DNA from: a virus
Taxonomy: Duplodnaviria > Heunggongvirae > Uroviricota > Caudoviricetes
Length of the DNA stretch: 24,712 nucleotides
Virus record (IMG/VR): IMGVR_UViG_2541047887_000002
Direction: 5' to 3' (one strand)
Shown here: piece by piece, positions 1 through 8,167 of the stretch
Layout: each line of letters starts with the position of its first letter
How positions within the stretch are numbered: the stretch's first letter is position 1
Notes under the pieces: generated by a model
Seen by the model: the letters and a program-made list of their open reading frames with translations, nothing else
What the model was told of the DNA's origin: nothing
Databases searched by the model: none
Made by a program: the position numbers and the translations under genes

Positions 1-224
1 GATAATTCGGTTTCACCTGCATCACGCCCGGCAATGCGCACCTGATACCAGCCGTCATTCAGTTTCTGACGAAACGCCGGGAGCTGTGTGGACAACGCCC
101 GGATGGCTTCAGCCCCCGTTTTTACACGAAGGTCGATGCGGCGGCCAAATCGTTGTAAATCCCCGTAAAGGCAGATGCGTGCCATGCCCGGTGACGCCAG
201 AGGGAGTGTGTGCGTCGCTGCCAT
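1..224 (-). CDS. I: Tail tip assembly protein I (lambda gpI-like), N-terminal part; gene continues beyond the window start
   Basis: Minus-strand ATG at 222-224 translates to MAATHTLPLASPGMARICLYGDLQRFGRRIDLRVKTGAEAIRAL..., matching the lambda gpI N-terminus as I recall it. It overlaps the 3' end of K by about 100 nt. Shorter than 60 aa in the window, so absent from the ORF track. Confidence 0.65.
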   Translation of the reverse strand, partial: MAATHTLPLASPGMARICLYGDLQRFGRRIDLRVKTGAEAIRALSTQLPAFRQKLNDGWYQVRIAGRDAGETEL

Positions 225-865
225 TTGTCGGTATACCTCTCTCGTTTGCTCAGTTGTTCAGGAATATGGTGCAACAGCTCACCGTCGCCGCAGTAAATGG
301 CGGCATGATTCGGCACCGATGAACCAAAACAGCACAGCAGCACATCGCCCGGCTGCGCCGCTGACAACGGCACCTGATACAGCCCTGTGGCCTCCAGATT
401 ATCCAGATAGAGATTCTGGCCGTTACACCACCAGTCATCCTCACGATGAAAGTCCGGCATCTCAATCCCCGCCAGATGATAAGCATCCCGGAACAGCGTG
501 TAACAGTCCGTCGCCCCGTGCTCAAAGCGCCGCCCGGTAAGATGCGGCACACAGCGGAATTTATGAATCTCACCCCGGCAGACCAGCCACCAAGGCAAAT
601 CGCTCTGCACCTGCAGCCGCCTGTCAGCCTCACTCAGCCAGGGCAGGCCACCGGGGTGGCTGTGGACCAGCGCCACAATCTCACCCTGCATCTCTGCCCG
701 CAGCCAGTCCTCCGGCGACATCCGGAAATACGCCTCCGGCTCACCGGAGATATTCACGCAGGGAAAATATCTTTCCCCTTCCGGCGTTCTCACCACGAAG
801 CCGCACGACTCCGCTGGCGCACATCGCCGGGCGTGCGCCAGAATCGCTGATTCTGTCTGTGTCAT
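122..865 (-). CDS. K: Tail tip assembly protein K (NlpC/P60 plus JAB/MPN-like), long form of 247 aa
   Basis: ORF 122..907 with the first ATG at 863-865 (MTQTESAILAHARR...). Contains the HSHPGG motif and a C-terminal Cys/His region typical of lambda gpK. Lambda's annotated 199-aa K would start at the internal MSPEDW. Confidence 0.85.
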   Translation of the reverse strand: MTQTESAILAHARRCAPAESCGFVVRTPEGERYFPCVNISGEPEAYFRMSPEDWLRAEMQGEIVALVHSHPGGLPWLSEADRRLQVQSDLPWWLVCRGEIHKFRCVPHLTGRRFEHGATDCYTLFRDAYHLAGIEMPDFHREDDWWCNGQNLYLDNLEATGLYQVPLSAAQPGDVLLCCFGSSVPNHAAIYCGDGELLHHIPEQLSKRERYTDKWQRRTHSLWRHRAWHASAFTGIYNDLAAASTFV

Positions 866-869
866 GGGA

Positions 870-1568
870 TTACTGCGAAAGTTTGTTAATGGAAAGGAAG
901 CCGCCAAAGTTGCCGACGTTATTGCGAAACTTACAGCCGCTCAGGCATTTGCTGCATTTATCCTTCGTGATATCGGACGTCGGCTGGTCATATTCATCCG
1001 CAACCGCCGGACCGTGATAACCGCACTCATCACCGCGATAGGTCCAGGTGCAGGTGTTGGCCAGCATGGTACGTCCCGGAAAAACAGCACCATCCGTTTC
1101 CGTCGGCGTGGACAGTACAAAAGAGGCACTCACCGCGCTCAGTTCGCTGCACTGCTCGATGCGCCAGCGGCTGATCACCTCCTGCTCTGGATCGGCTTCG
1201 CTGTTTCCGTTGACGAAGTTCACCACATCCAGAAAACGGGCGTAAACCTTACGCCTGACCACCGTTCCGCCGACCAGACTCTGCAGGTCTTCCGCCATCC
1301 CGGTGACCATGCCGTGCAGATTAGAGACTTTCAGCGTTGGCCTTGCACTGGCTCCTTTGCCGTTCATCTCAAATCCACTTCCCTGAATGGGATAGGCCTG
1401 ATACTGCCGCCCCTGCCAGGTGACTGGTTCACCTTTTTCGTTCTGCTCATTACAGAAGAAATAACGATCTCCGCCGACCTCTGTCAGATCAATTTCCCAG
1501 AGCACGACCAGCGCGGATTGCTCCGTTTTAGTGCACTCATTGAGTGTTTCCTGCTGTATATCCTGCAT
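870..1568 (-). CDS. L: Minor tail protein L (lambda gpL-like)
   Basis: 232-aa ORF MQDIQQETLNEC...FGGFLSINKLSQ, with the Cys-rich C-terminus characteristic of gpL. Its start overlaps the M stop (TGATG). Confidence 0.9.
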   Translation of the reverse strand: MQDIQQETLNECTKTEQSALVVLWEIDLTEVGGDRYFFCNEQNEKGEPVTWQGRQYQAYPIQGSGFEMNGKGASARPTLKVSNLHGMVTGMAEDLQSLVGGTVVRRKVYARFLDVVNFVNGNSEADPEQEVISRWRIEQCSELSAVSASFVLSTPTETDGAVFPGRTMLANTCTWTYRGDECGYHGPAVADEYDQPTSDITKDKCSKCLSGCKFRNNVGNFGGFLSINKLSQ

Positions 1569-1867
1569 CAGTGAGTGACCTCTTCAAAGGTACAGTTAAA
1601 ATCGGTATACATGGCATTATCCGAAATGCTCCACTCCCTGCAGACAACCCGGACAGTCCTGTTGTGTTTTGGCGGACGCCACAAAAAAGCACGAACCCCG
1701 GCATGACGGGATAAAAAACTGTCCAGCGCGGCACGGGAATATTCATCCGTGACACGAAATACCGGTTTAAACGTTTTCAGATCTGCATTCAGACCACCAG
1801 CCCGTCGCTGTTCATATCCGTCACCGAACTTTACCGTAATAACAGATGGCTTTCGTGTCGTCTCCAT
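1568..1867 (-). CDS. M: Minor tail protein M (lambda gpM-like)
   Basis: ATG at 1865-1867 (METTRKPSVITVKFGDGYEQR...), preceded by a GAGGGG Shine-Dalgarno. The upstream extension in the track would overlap the tape measure stop, so the internal start was chosen. Confidence 0.8.
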   Translation of the reverse strand: METTRKPSVITVKFGDGYEQRRAGGLNADLKTFKPVFRVTDEYSRAALDSFLSRHAGVRAFLWRPPKHNRTVRVVCREWSISDNAMYTDFNCTFEEVTH

Positions 1868-1901
1868 CCCCTCGCGGGGGATCCAGTTAAAAACTTCAGA
1901 C

Positions 1902-4900
1902 TCAGGCACTGCATAATCCTCCGTCCCGACGTGATGACTGCATAATTGACACAACCCTGCTGTCGATCAGATCCACCAGTCCCCTGGCTGAGCGCGCATC
2001 TATCTCGCCATTGCTCCCTTGATTCTGAATGCTGATGTGATACACGGGAGAATAAACAAATCCACCGCCACCATTCACATTTCCAATGGCCCTGACCCCA
2101 AGAGAGCCGTCCGCTGCCCGTGTCAGTGGCATGATTGCTTCAGGCCCGGCCTCGCCCATCAGCCCGGCACCTTTCGCAAAAGCAAAATACGTCGGGGTAT
2201 CCACAATGGTGTTACTGTAAGCACTCAGATTTGCCGATGTATAAACACCACCTTTTGCGTTTGCCACTGCACCGGAAAGCCAGTCGCCGACTGTACCAAG
2301 CCATCCTCCGGCACCGGACATGCTTTTGGAAAGTGACTTCAGCCCGTTAACGATGGCAGCGTTCATCAGAATTTTTGAAACTTCCTGGAGAATTGAACTC
2401 CCCCAGTTTCTCCAGTCCACAACATTTCCGGCCAGTGCATCGGAAATATTTGATACCAGCCCGTCCATAGTGGAAACGACAGCATCTGCCGCCTGCGAAG
2501 CATAATCGGTGGCACTGTCTGCCCAGTTCGTCAGTCCCTCCTGGAGTCCGGCATTCCAGTTACTGCGTAAAGCATCAGCCTTTGCATAATAATCCTGCTG
2601 ATCGCTGAGACGCTCTTCCAGATATTTTTCATTCAGAGATTTTTCCTGTTTCCACAGGGCTTCTTCAATTTCTCCGGCCTGATACTGTCTCAGTAGCTCG
2701 TTATTTTTCTGCTCAAACTCCTGCCGGATGCTCCACATTTCCTGAAGTCGTTCACGCATCCGTGAGCCTTCACCATATCCCAGTAACTGAGCCTCATTTG
2801 ATGCTCTGACACTGGCATTACTGTCCGCCAGACTGCTCTCATACGCAGCAAGCTGCTCACGAATCTTTTTCTGGTCGATGAGTGCTGCATTCTGCAAAAG
2901 CGTTTTTTTCTGCGCTTCTGACAGGGTTGATAATTCGCCCTGGCTGACCTGATATTTCATCTTAGCCAGTTCAGTATTCTGCCCTGCCAGTGCTATTTGC
3001 TCTTTTTGCTGTTTAATCAGTTGCTTATAAGTATCTTCTATTTTTTCCGCTTCGGTCTTTTTATGCGCTTTGGGTTTATTTGCCTGGTTATTTCGCCATG
3101 CATCCAGTGAGTTATTTATATAATTCAGTCTTGCTGTCTGATACGCCTCTCCCACAAAGCCGAGATCATCCGCAGCATAACCCAGGCGGGCACGCTCACG
3201 AGCTTCCCCCTTCAGGCGGGACAGAGCCAGTTCGCGCTCGCTGTTATTCAGTGCGGTCTGCTGTTTATCATCCAGGGTTGCCTGTGGTAGCCGTAACGGT
3301 ACATTCACCAGCCCCTGTCGCTGCTGAAGTAATTCATTACCGAGCCCGAGAAGGCGATTAAACTCGGTATGCTGCCCATTCATGATCAACAGGGACTGAT
3401 ACGCTTTGTTTTGTTCCGCTGCCTGTTGACGGATCAACGCCACCCGTCGCTCCTCCAGCCCGGCAAGCACATCCTGAATGGATTGCGCTTTGCCCTGCAT
3501 TTGAGTGAGGCGAGACTGTTCAACTGCCAGTTGATTTGTTGCTTCTGCAAGCCCTTCTGTGACAGTTTTTACCGACGTCATGTGGTTAATCATAAAACCG
3601 TTATCGGTTGTCCAGCCCGGGTTTGCCAGCACATACTGATAGCCAGCAATTTTTTCCTGTAAGGATTTAATCTTACTTTTCTGCTCGTCAATTAACCTGT
3701 TTTGCTCCTTCAGTGCCTGTCGCGTCTTTTCCTCATTATCTGACGCTTCAGGAAGCGACATTGCCGACGTTTTCTGGCGAATTTCGTCGATTGTTGCGGC
3801 ATACTGTCGTGCAGATTCTCTGGCCTGCTCCTGATTCTGATACATCGTGTACCAGGCCGCAGCCCCCAGCATGACGAGTCCCGGCACACCACCAACCAGC
3901 CCCAGCGCGCCACTTAATAAACGACTCCCCACTGACGTAACATTATTCAGCGTTGTCTGTGCCGCTGTTCTGGCCGCAATATTACGGGTAAGTGACACCT
4001 GGGCAGCTGTCAGCTTCGCTTCTGCTGCGGCCTGCCTTTCGGTACCGCGAGCAGCAACAACCGCCTGTTGCGCACGATAAACCGCCGCACGCGCCCTGGC
4101 GGTTGCTATCTGTGTCCCCCGAAGTTGCACTTCAGCAAGAGCCACTTCGTTTCTGGCTGCAGTAATTAATCCGGCAGTTGCAGATCCAGCAGACGACGCC
4201 ATATTGCCAAAATATCGGGCTACCCCGACGGCAACCAGAGCACCAGCAGCGGTTGCCACGGTGTCAATATTGCCTGCAATACCATTCAGCACACCGGAGA
4301 GCGTCTTCGTCACTCCGCTTGCCTCGTTCGCACCACCAACCCAGGCCATAAAGGCGTTTTCAACTTTGGTTGCAGAGGATGAAACCGTATCAGGCATTGC
4401 TGCATATTCATCACGCAACGCCCCAAGCTGACTAATCAGTGCAGGAACAACCTTATCGGCGGTCAGTTTTCCGTTATCCGCCATGGCCTTCAGATCCTTA
4501 CGGGCAACCCCCATTCCCGCAGCCAGCGCACGAATAACACGATCGCCGTTCTCATTCACCGAGTTAAACTCTTCACCGCGCAGCACTCCCTGCGCCAGTG
4601 CCTGACTGAACTGCGTGATCACCGAACTGGCTTCTGCTGTACTGGCACCGGATAATTTCAGGCCCGTGGAGATCGCCTCGGTGACTTTCAGTACCTCCTC
4701 AGAACTGTAACCATACTCCCGCATGGAAGCTGCAGAACGGGCAAAAAGGCTGGCGTTATCAGAAAACGCCGTCCCCGTTCTCTGGCTGATCGCCATTAAT
4801 TCACGCTGTGATGACTGAAAATCATCACTGGACTGTGAGGCCTGCTTCAGACGGGCATTTACTGAATTCCACTCATCGGCGAGAGAAATAAGATGACCGG

Positions 4901-5147
4901 TAGCAAAAGCCCCGGCAAATGCCCCCGCCATGTTCAGTGCCGAAGATTTAGCTGTATTTATCTGATCCGTCACTTCTGCCAGTGCACGCCGCATTTCACG
5001 GGATGCAGCAGCGGACTGTCGGCCTCCGTTCTGCATGGTACGGTAGTAATCCTGCCCCATACGCGAAGCCCGGGAGATCTCTGACTGGAATGACCGGGAA
5101 TTTGCCGAGATTTTAATAATCAGTTCACGTAATGTCGCCACACTCAT
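1902..5147 (-). CDS. H: Tail tape measure protein (1081 aa)
   Basis: Very long ORF with a coiled-coil, Ala/Gln-rich middle and a Gly-rich C-terminal part. It sits between GT and M as in lambda and HK97. GGAGA Shine-Dalgarno upstream of ATG 5145-5147. Confidence 0.9.
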   Translation of the reverse strand: MSVATLRELIIKISANSRSFQSEISRASRMGQDYYRTMQNGGRQSAAASREMRRALAEVTDQINTAKSSALNMAGAFAGAFATGHLISLADEWNSVNARLKQASQSSDDFQSSQRELMAISQRTGTAFSDNASLFARSAASMREYGYSSEEVLKVTEAISTGLKLSGASTAEASSVITQFSQALAQGVLRGEEFNSVNENGDRVIRALAAGMGVARKDLKAMADNGKLTADKVVPALISQLGALRDEYAAMPDTVSSSATKVENAFMAWVGGANEASGVTKTLSGVLNGIAGNIDTVATAAGALVAVGVARYFGNMASSAGSATAGLITAARNEVALAEVQLRGTQIATARARAAVYRAQQAVVAARGTERQAAAEAKLTAAQVSLTRNIAARTAAQTTLNNVTSVGSRLLSGALGLVGGVPGLVMLGAAAWYTMYQNQEQARESARQYAATIDEIRQKTSAMSLPEASDNEEKTRQALKEQNRLIDEQKSKIKSLQEKIAGYQYVLANPGWTTDNGFMINHMTSVKTVTEGLAEATNQLAVEQSRLTQMQGKAQSIQDVLAGLEERRVALIRQQAAEQNKAYQSLLIMNGQHTEFNRLLGLGNELLQQRQGLVNVPLRLPQATLDDKQQTALNNSERELALSRLKGEARERARLGYAADDLGFVGEAYQTARLNYINNSLDAWRNNQANKPKAHKKTEAEKIEDTYKQLIKQQKEQIALAGQNTELAKMKYQVSQGELSTLSEAQKKTLLQNAALIDQKKIREQLAAYESSLADSNASVRASNEAQLLGYGEGSRMRERLQEMWSIRQEFEQKNNELLRQYQAGEIEEALWKQEKSLNEKYLEERLSDQQDYYAKADALRSNWNAGLQEGLTNWADSATDYASQAADAVVSTMDGLVSNISDALAGNVVDWRNWGSSILQEVSKILMNAAIVNGLKSLSKSMSGAGGWLGTVGDWLSGAVANAKGGVYTSANLSAYSNTIVDTPTYFAFAKGAGLMGEAGPEAIMPLTRAADGSLGVRAIGNVNGGGGFVYSPVYHISIQNQGSNGEIDARSARGLVDLIDSRVVSIMQSSRRDGGLCSA

Positions 5148-5157
5148 TCTCCGGACG

Positions 5158-5179
5158 AAAAAAAACCGCCGAAGCGGTT
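5158..5179 (-). terminator. Intrinsic terminator-like hairpin between GT and the tape measure gene
   Basis: Minus strand reads AACCGC-UUCG-GCGGUU followed by a U-tract, immediately upstream of the tape measure Shine-Dalgarno. Confidence 0.4.
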
Positions 5180-5187
5180 ATGTTGAC

Positions 5188-5876
5188 TCACTGAGACACT
5201 ATTAAAAGCGCGTTTTCCAGTCCAGCAAATGGATCTGATACGCCTTCTGTCTGCTCCTTCTCCCACTGAAGAAGCGCATCATTCAGTGGCACTTTGACCC
5301 CCTGCGCACCGTAAACAGCTGAAACAATCTGGGCAGCCCGGATATCAGCCCGTTCGTCCCCCAGCGGGCTGAACCTGTCAAATTCTGCCCACATCATGAT
5401 TTCTGATGCGGACATTTCCCGGCGTAACTCTGACAATGTGCGCCCCATCCTGAGCGCCAGCATCATCAGAAAACGCATCCCCGGAAGCGCTACTTTTTTT
5501 TAACCTCGCCGGCATCACTGATTAGTTCCAGAGACTGCCGAAGAAGCCGCGCATGCACCGGGCCATACACGGCAATCACCTGTTCACGATCATCCTCTGA
5601 AAATACAGGTTGCAGTCCGGTATCACACAGAACATCGATGAACAGTTCAACATCCGCTTCCAGATTTCGGCGGGCGCGCTCCGCAACGGATAACGGTGTC
5701 TCATCATCTTTTGCTTTAACGATCTCCTGCCAGCGCAACCAGGCTTCTGCAGAAGGTTCCCGTAATACAACCGTTGCCCCTTCCCATTCAGGCACATCAA
5801 CAGTTTTATGGCGAAACCCCGACATCGTTGCCAGTGCCAGATTACGGATATTTTTAGTCATCACATCTATCCTCAT
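5188..5876 (-). CDS. GT: Tail assembly chaperone GT, made by a programmed -1 ribosomal frameshift
   Basis: Minus-strand heptamer A AAA AAG (plus 5493-5499) sits just before the G stop TAG. The -1 frame is open from the slip site to the stop at 5188 and encodes ...KKVALPGMRFLMMLALR.... Confidence 0.75.
5490..5876 (-). CDS. G: Tail assembly chaperone G
   Basis: 128-aa acidic protein ending GEVKKK-stop. Its start overlaps the V stop (TAATG). Its 3' end carries the slippery heptamer. Confidence 0.85.
   Translation of the reverse strand: MRIDVMTKNIRNLALATMSGFRHKTVDVPEWEGATVVLREPSAEAWLRWQEIVKAKDDETPLSVAERARRNLEADVELFIDVLCDTGLQPVFSEDDREQVIAVYGPVHARLLRQSLELISDAGEVKKK
5493..5499 (-). promoter_or_regulatory. 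-1 frameshift slippery heptamer A AAA AAG for G to GT
   Basis: Read directly from the sequence. The conserved G/GT frameshift of long-tailed phages is established knowledge. Confidence 0.7.
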
Positions 5877-6580
5877 TAACTGACGGTAACAGTGCAGGAA
5901 GTAGAGGTCACTTTGTTAACCGGGCTTGCTGAATCAGAAATCTCGCAGGTATATGCACCCGCATCACCGGATACTGCCGATGCCTTACTGAACGTTGCCG
6001 CCGTCTGTCCGGAAACAGGAGAACCACCTTTCTTCCAGACATAAGAATAAGGCGGCACACCACCCGCAGCCTCAACCGCCATTTCAAGTTTCGATCCGGA
6101 AGCAACCCGCAGCGTGCTTTTTAAATCGACCTTCACTTTCAGCGGCTCTGTCGTCAGCACAGGTTTACCTTTCAGGCGCAGAGAAAACGTTGCAGCCACA
6201 ACACCATTGGTTCCTGCAGACCAGGTATGCTGACGCACCTCTGCCATAAAGGTAAATCCGTTGCCTGACGGAAAAATAACTTTAAAGCCATACGTGGTGT
6301 CATTGTCATAGGCACTGCGCAACGCGTTCTGGGCAGCATTGAGGTAAAAGTTGCCTGACATGGAAATCTCTGAAGCAGCACCAAGGCCGTTAATATTTTC
6401 CTGCTCAACAGAACACAGCGTGGTGACATCAATATCCTGCTTTTGTCCTGCAGTAAACTGCACCTCTTTGATTGTACAGCTCAGGCCAAGATAGCTGGCA
6501 GAATCCAGGGTTTCTGCTGTTACCGGTGCAGACGAAATCATAATTTTCGTCAGTTGCGAACGCTCAAAATTAGAGGACAT
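5876..6580 (-). CDS. V: Major tail protein with C-terminal Ig-like domain
   Basis: ATG at 6578-6580 (MSSNFERSQ...) with an AGGAGA Shine-Dalgarno. The C-terminal segment GGVPPYSYVWKKGGSPVSG...AGAYTCEISD resembles a Big_2/Ig-like domain. Confidence 0.85.
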   Translation of the reverse strand: MSSNFERSQLTKIMISSAPVTAETLDSASYLGLSCTIKEVQFTAGQKQDIDVTTLCSVEQENINGLGAASEISMSGNFYLNAAQNALRSAYDNDTTYGFKVIFPSGNGFTFMAEVRQHTWSAGTNGVVAATFSLRLKGKPVLTTEPLKVKVDLKSTLRVASGSKLEMAVEAAGGVPPYSYVWKKGGSPVSGQTAATFSKASAVSGDAGAYTCEISDSASPVNKVTSTSCTVTVS

Positions 6581-6596
6581 ACTCGTCTCCTGAAAA

Positions 6597-6618
6597 TAAA
6601 AAACCCGCCAGCGGCGGG
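6597..6618 (-). terminator. Intrinsic terminator-like hairpin upstream of the major tail gene
   Basis: Minus strand reads CCCGCCGCUGGCGGG followed by UUUUUAUUUU, in the gap between the tail completion gene and V. Confidence 0.45.
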
Positions 6619-6639
6619 TGGGTAAAATCATTAACGACC

Positions 6640-6984
6640 TCAGGCTATTACCTGAAATTCAAGCGTGGCTCTGCTCAGACGGGAGTCAGGATCATACCCC
6701 TGCGTTTTAGAAATAACGGAGGGTGCCAGTTTCCTTACTGCATCAAGCGCCTGCTCACGAATATCATCTGCGTCATCAGGTACTGTCGCCCAGACATCGA
6801 TCTGCACGGTAATTCTGGATTCAGCCTGCCCATCAAGCACATCAGATGCCGTGTCAGACACCACAGAAAACACCAGCCACGGCGGAGATACCGCAGGCTT
6901 TCCCTCCGTCAGCGGGACCACATAAGGATAAACCTGTCCTCCGGCCAGCTGAGACAACAGGGAATACAGTGTGCCCTCCCTCAT
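6640..6984 (-). CDS. Tail completion/terminator protein (DUF3168-like); family assignment tentative
   Basis: 114-aa ORF in the conserved position just upstream of the major tail gene. Overlaps the next gene by 4 nt. Confidence 0.7.
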   Translation of the reverse strand: MREGTLYSLLSQLAGGQVYPYVVPLTEGKPAVSPPWLVFSVVSDTASDVLDGQAESRITVQIDVWATVPDDADDIREQALDAVRKLAPSVISKTQGYDPDSRLSRATLEFQVIA

Positions 6985-7430
6985 TTACTTAAGACCTCAT
7001 CAATAGCCTGATTCATTCGCTGTATGGCAACCTGCGCCGCCAGCTCCTCTGTCGTATCGAAAGCCGGGCGAATGAATGGATGCGCGGGCATGTTTATCGT
7101 TCCCAGCTCCACAAAGCGCCAGTAAAATGCATTTCGGGGATCGCTGGCTTTCATGCTGTTATCACTGTTTCCGGTTCGCAGGTTCCGTCCGCGAATGTGG
7201 ACACCCGAGATAATTTCCCCCCGACGCTTTGAACGCTGAGTGAGAACAACCACATTTTTCTTCAGTTTCCCGGTTCGCTCCGGCGCACGTTCAACAACTG
7301 CATCCCGCATAACTTCAGCACCGGCACGGGTGGCATCGCGCAGAACCTTATTGTTTTCTGCCCTGCTGAGCGTCTCCAGATCCCGTGCAATATCCGCCAG
7401 GCCGGAAAAATCAAGACTGAAATCCATCAC
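6981..7430 (-). CDS. HK97 gp10-family head-tail joining protein
   Basis: 149-aa ORF MMDFSLDFSGLADIARDLE..., translationally coupled to its neighbours. The position and start motif fit the HK97 gp10 family. Confidence 0.75.
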   Translation of the reverse strand: MMDFSLDFSGLADIARDLETLSRAENNKVLRDATRAGAEVMRDAVVERAPERTGKLKKNVVVLTQRSKRRGEIISGVHIRGRNLRTGNSDNSMKASDPRNAFYWRFVELGTINMPAHPFIRPAFDTTEELAAQVAIQRMNQAIDEVLSK

Positions 7431-7765
7431 ACATTCCCCTTCAGGCTGCAGAGTATTTCAAGCCGGGTAGCGCGTGCATCCGGTATTGGTGGACCTTCTA
7501 TACCCAGAATGGCCCCTTTAAATGCACCGGTCAGCACTTTCAGACGTGAAGTCGCTGTCACATCGCGCCGGAATCTCATCCAGACTCTGACCGTAGCCTG
7601 AGCGGTTTCTGCTCCGCCTGAGATTATCTCCCTCCCGCTGATACCCTTAACTTCTGCCCATACGGTAGCTCCCTCCGTCACCGTCTCCACCGGATGCCCT
7701 GACGGAGAGCGGGCGGTGGTGACATTCAGAATAATTACGCGATCACGTAATCTGCCCGCCTGCAT
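7427..7765 (-). CDS. Head-tail adaptor / head closure protein
   Basis: 112-aa ORF with synteny between the connector and gp10-like genes. Overlaps the next gene by 4 nt. Confidence 0.75.
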   Translation of the reverse strand: MQAGRLRDRVIILNVTTARSPSGHPVETVTEGATVWAEVKGISGREIISGGAETAQATVRVWMRFRRDVTATSRLKVLTGAFKGAILGIEGPPIPDARATRLEILCSLKGNV

Positions 7766-7773
7766 GTCTCCTC

Positions 7774-8091
7774 CTACAAAGGAATAAAACGATAAGGCTC
7801 CAGCAGAGAAGAAAAACCAAACGGGACTGGTGCCTTGCTGACATCTGAGGAATTTTCCCGGTTTTCGTACCAGTGCCCGACCAGCAACATGAGCGCCAGC
7901 AAAACATCATCAGCTATAAGCACCCCTTCAGGATCACCTTCCGGCACCGTCTCCTCATAAAGCTTACGGTTGATAAAATTTTCTGCCTTGCGGCAGGCAG
8001 CCCGGAAATACAGCATCAGTAACTCATCATCAGTTGCATCATCTGTATCAATACGGCACTGCGCCCTGAGTTTTTCCACTATTGCTGCCAT
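7774..8091 (-). CDS. gp6-like head-tail connector protein
   Basis: ATG at 8089-8091 (MAAIVEKLRAQCRIDTDDATDDELL...) with an AGGAG Shine-Dalgarno. The longer track ORF would overlap the capsid gene, so this internal start was chosen. Confidence 0.75.
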   Translation of the reverse strand: MAAIVEKLRAQCRIDTDDATDDELLMLYFRAACRKAENFINRKLYEETVPEGDPEGVLIADDVLLALMLLVGHWYENRENSSDVSKAPVPFGFSSLLEPYRFIPL

Positions 8092-8124
8092 CAGAAACTC
8101 CTGCCCGCAACACTGTGCGGGCAT

Positions 8125-8146
8125 AAAAAAACCGCGTCGGCGCGGT
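8125..8146 (-). terminator. Intrinsic terminator downstream of the major capsid gene
   Basis: Minus strand reads ACCGCGCCGACGCGGU followed by UUUUUU. A second hairpin (GCCCGCA...UGCGGGC) lies at 8102-8121. Confidence 0.5.
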
Positions 8147-8167
8147 CTGTAACTGAACAACGAGTGG

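Noticed and set aside
864-1574. 236-aa plus-strand ORF antisense to gene L, and similar plus-strand ORFs inside K, the tape measure gene, portal and large terminase (for example 175..540, 446..850, 10154..10810, 11783..12385, 12887..13318)
   Set aside because: They lie entirely antisense within well-supported, tightly packed minus-strand structural genes, have no ribosome-binding sites, and their translations are Arg/Ser/Pro-rich with low complexity. They are shadow ORFs.
5876-6631. Long form of the major tail ORF starting at 6631 (MILPTRRW...)
   Set aside because: The extension would be translated through the terminator hairpin at 6604-6618 and lacks a Shine-Dalgarno. The internal ATG at 6580 has an AGGAGA Shine-Dalgarno and gives a typical start.
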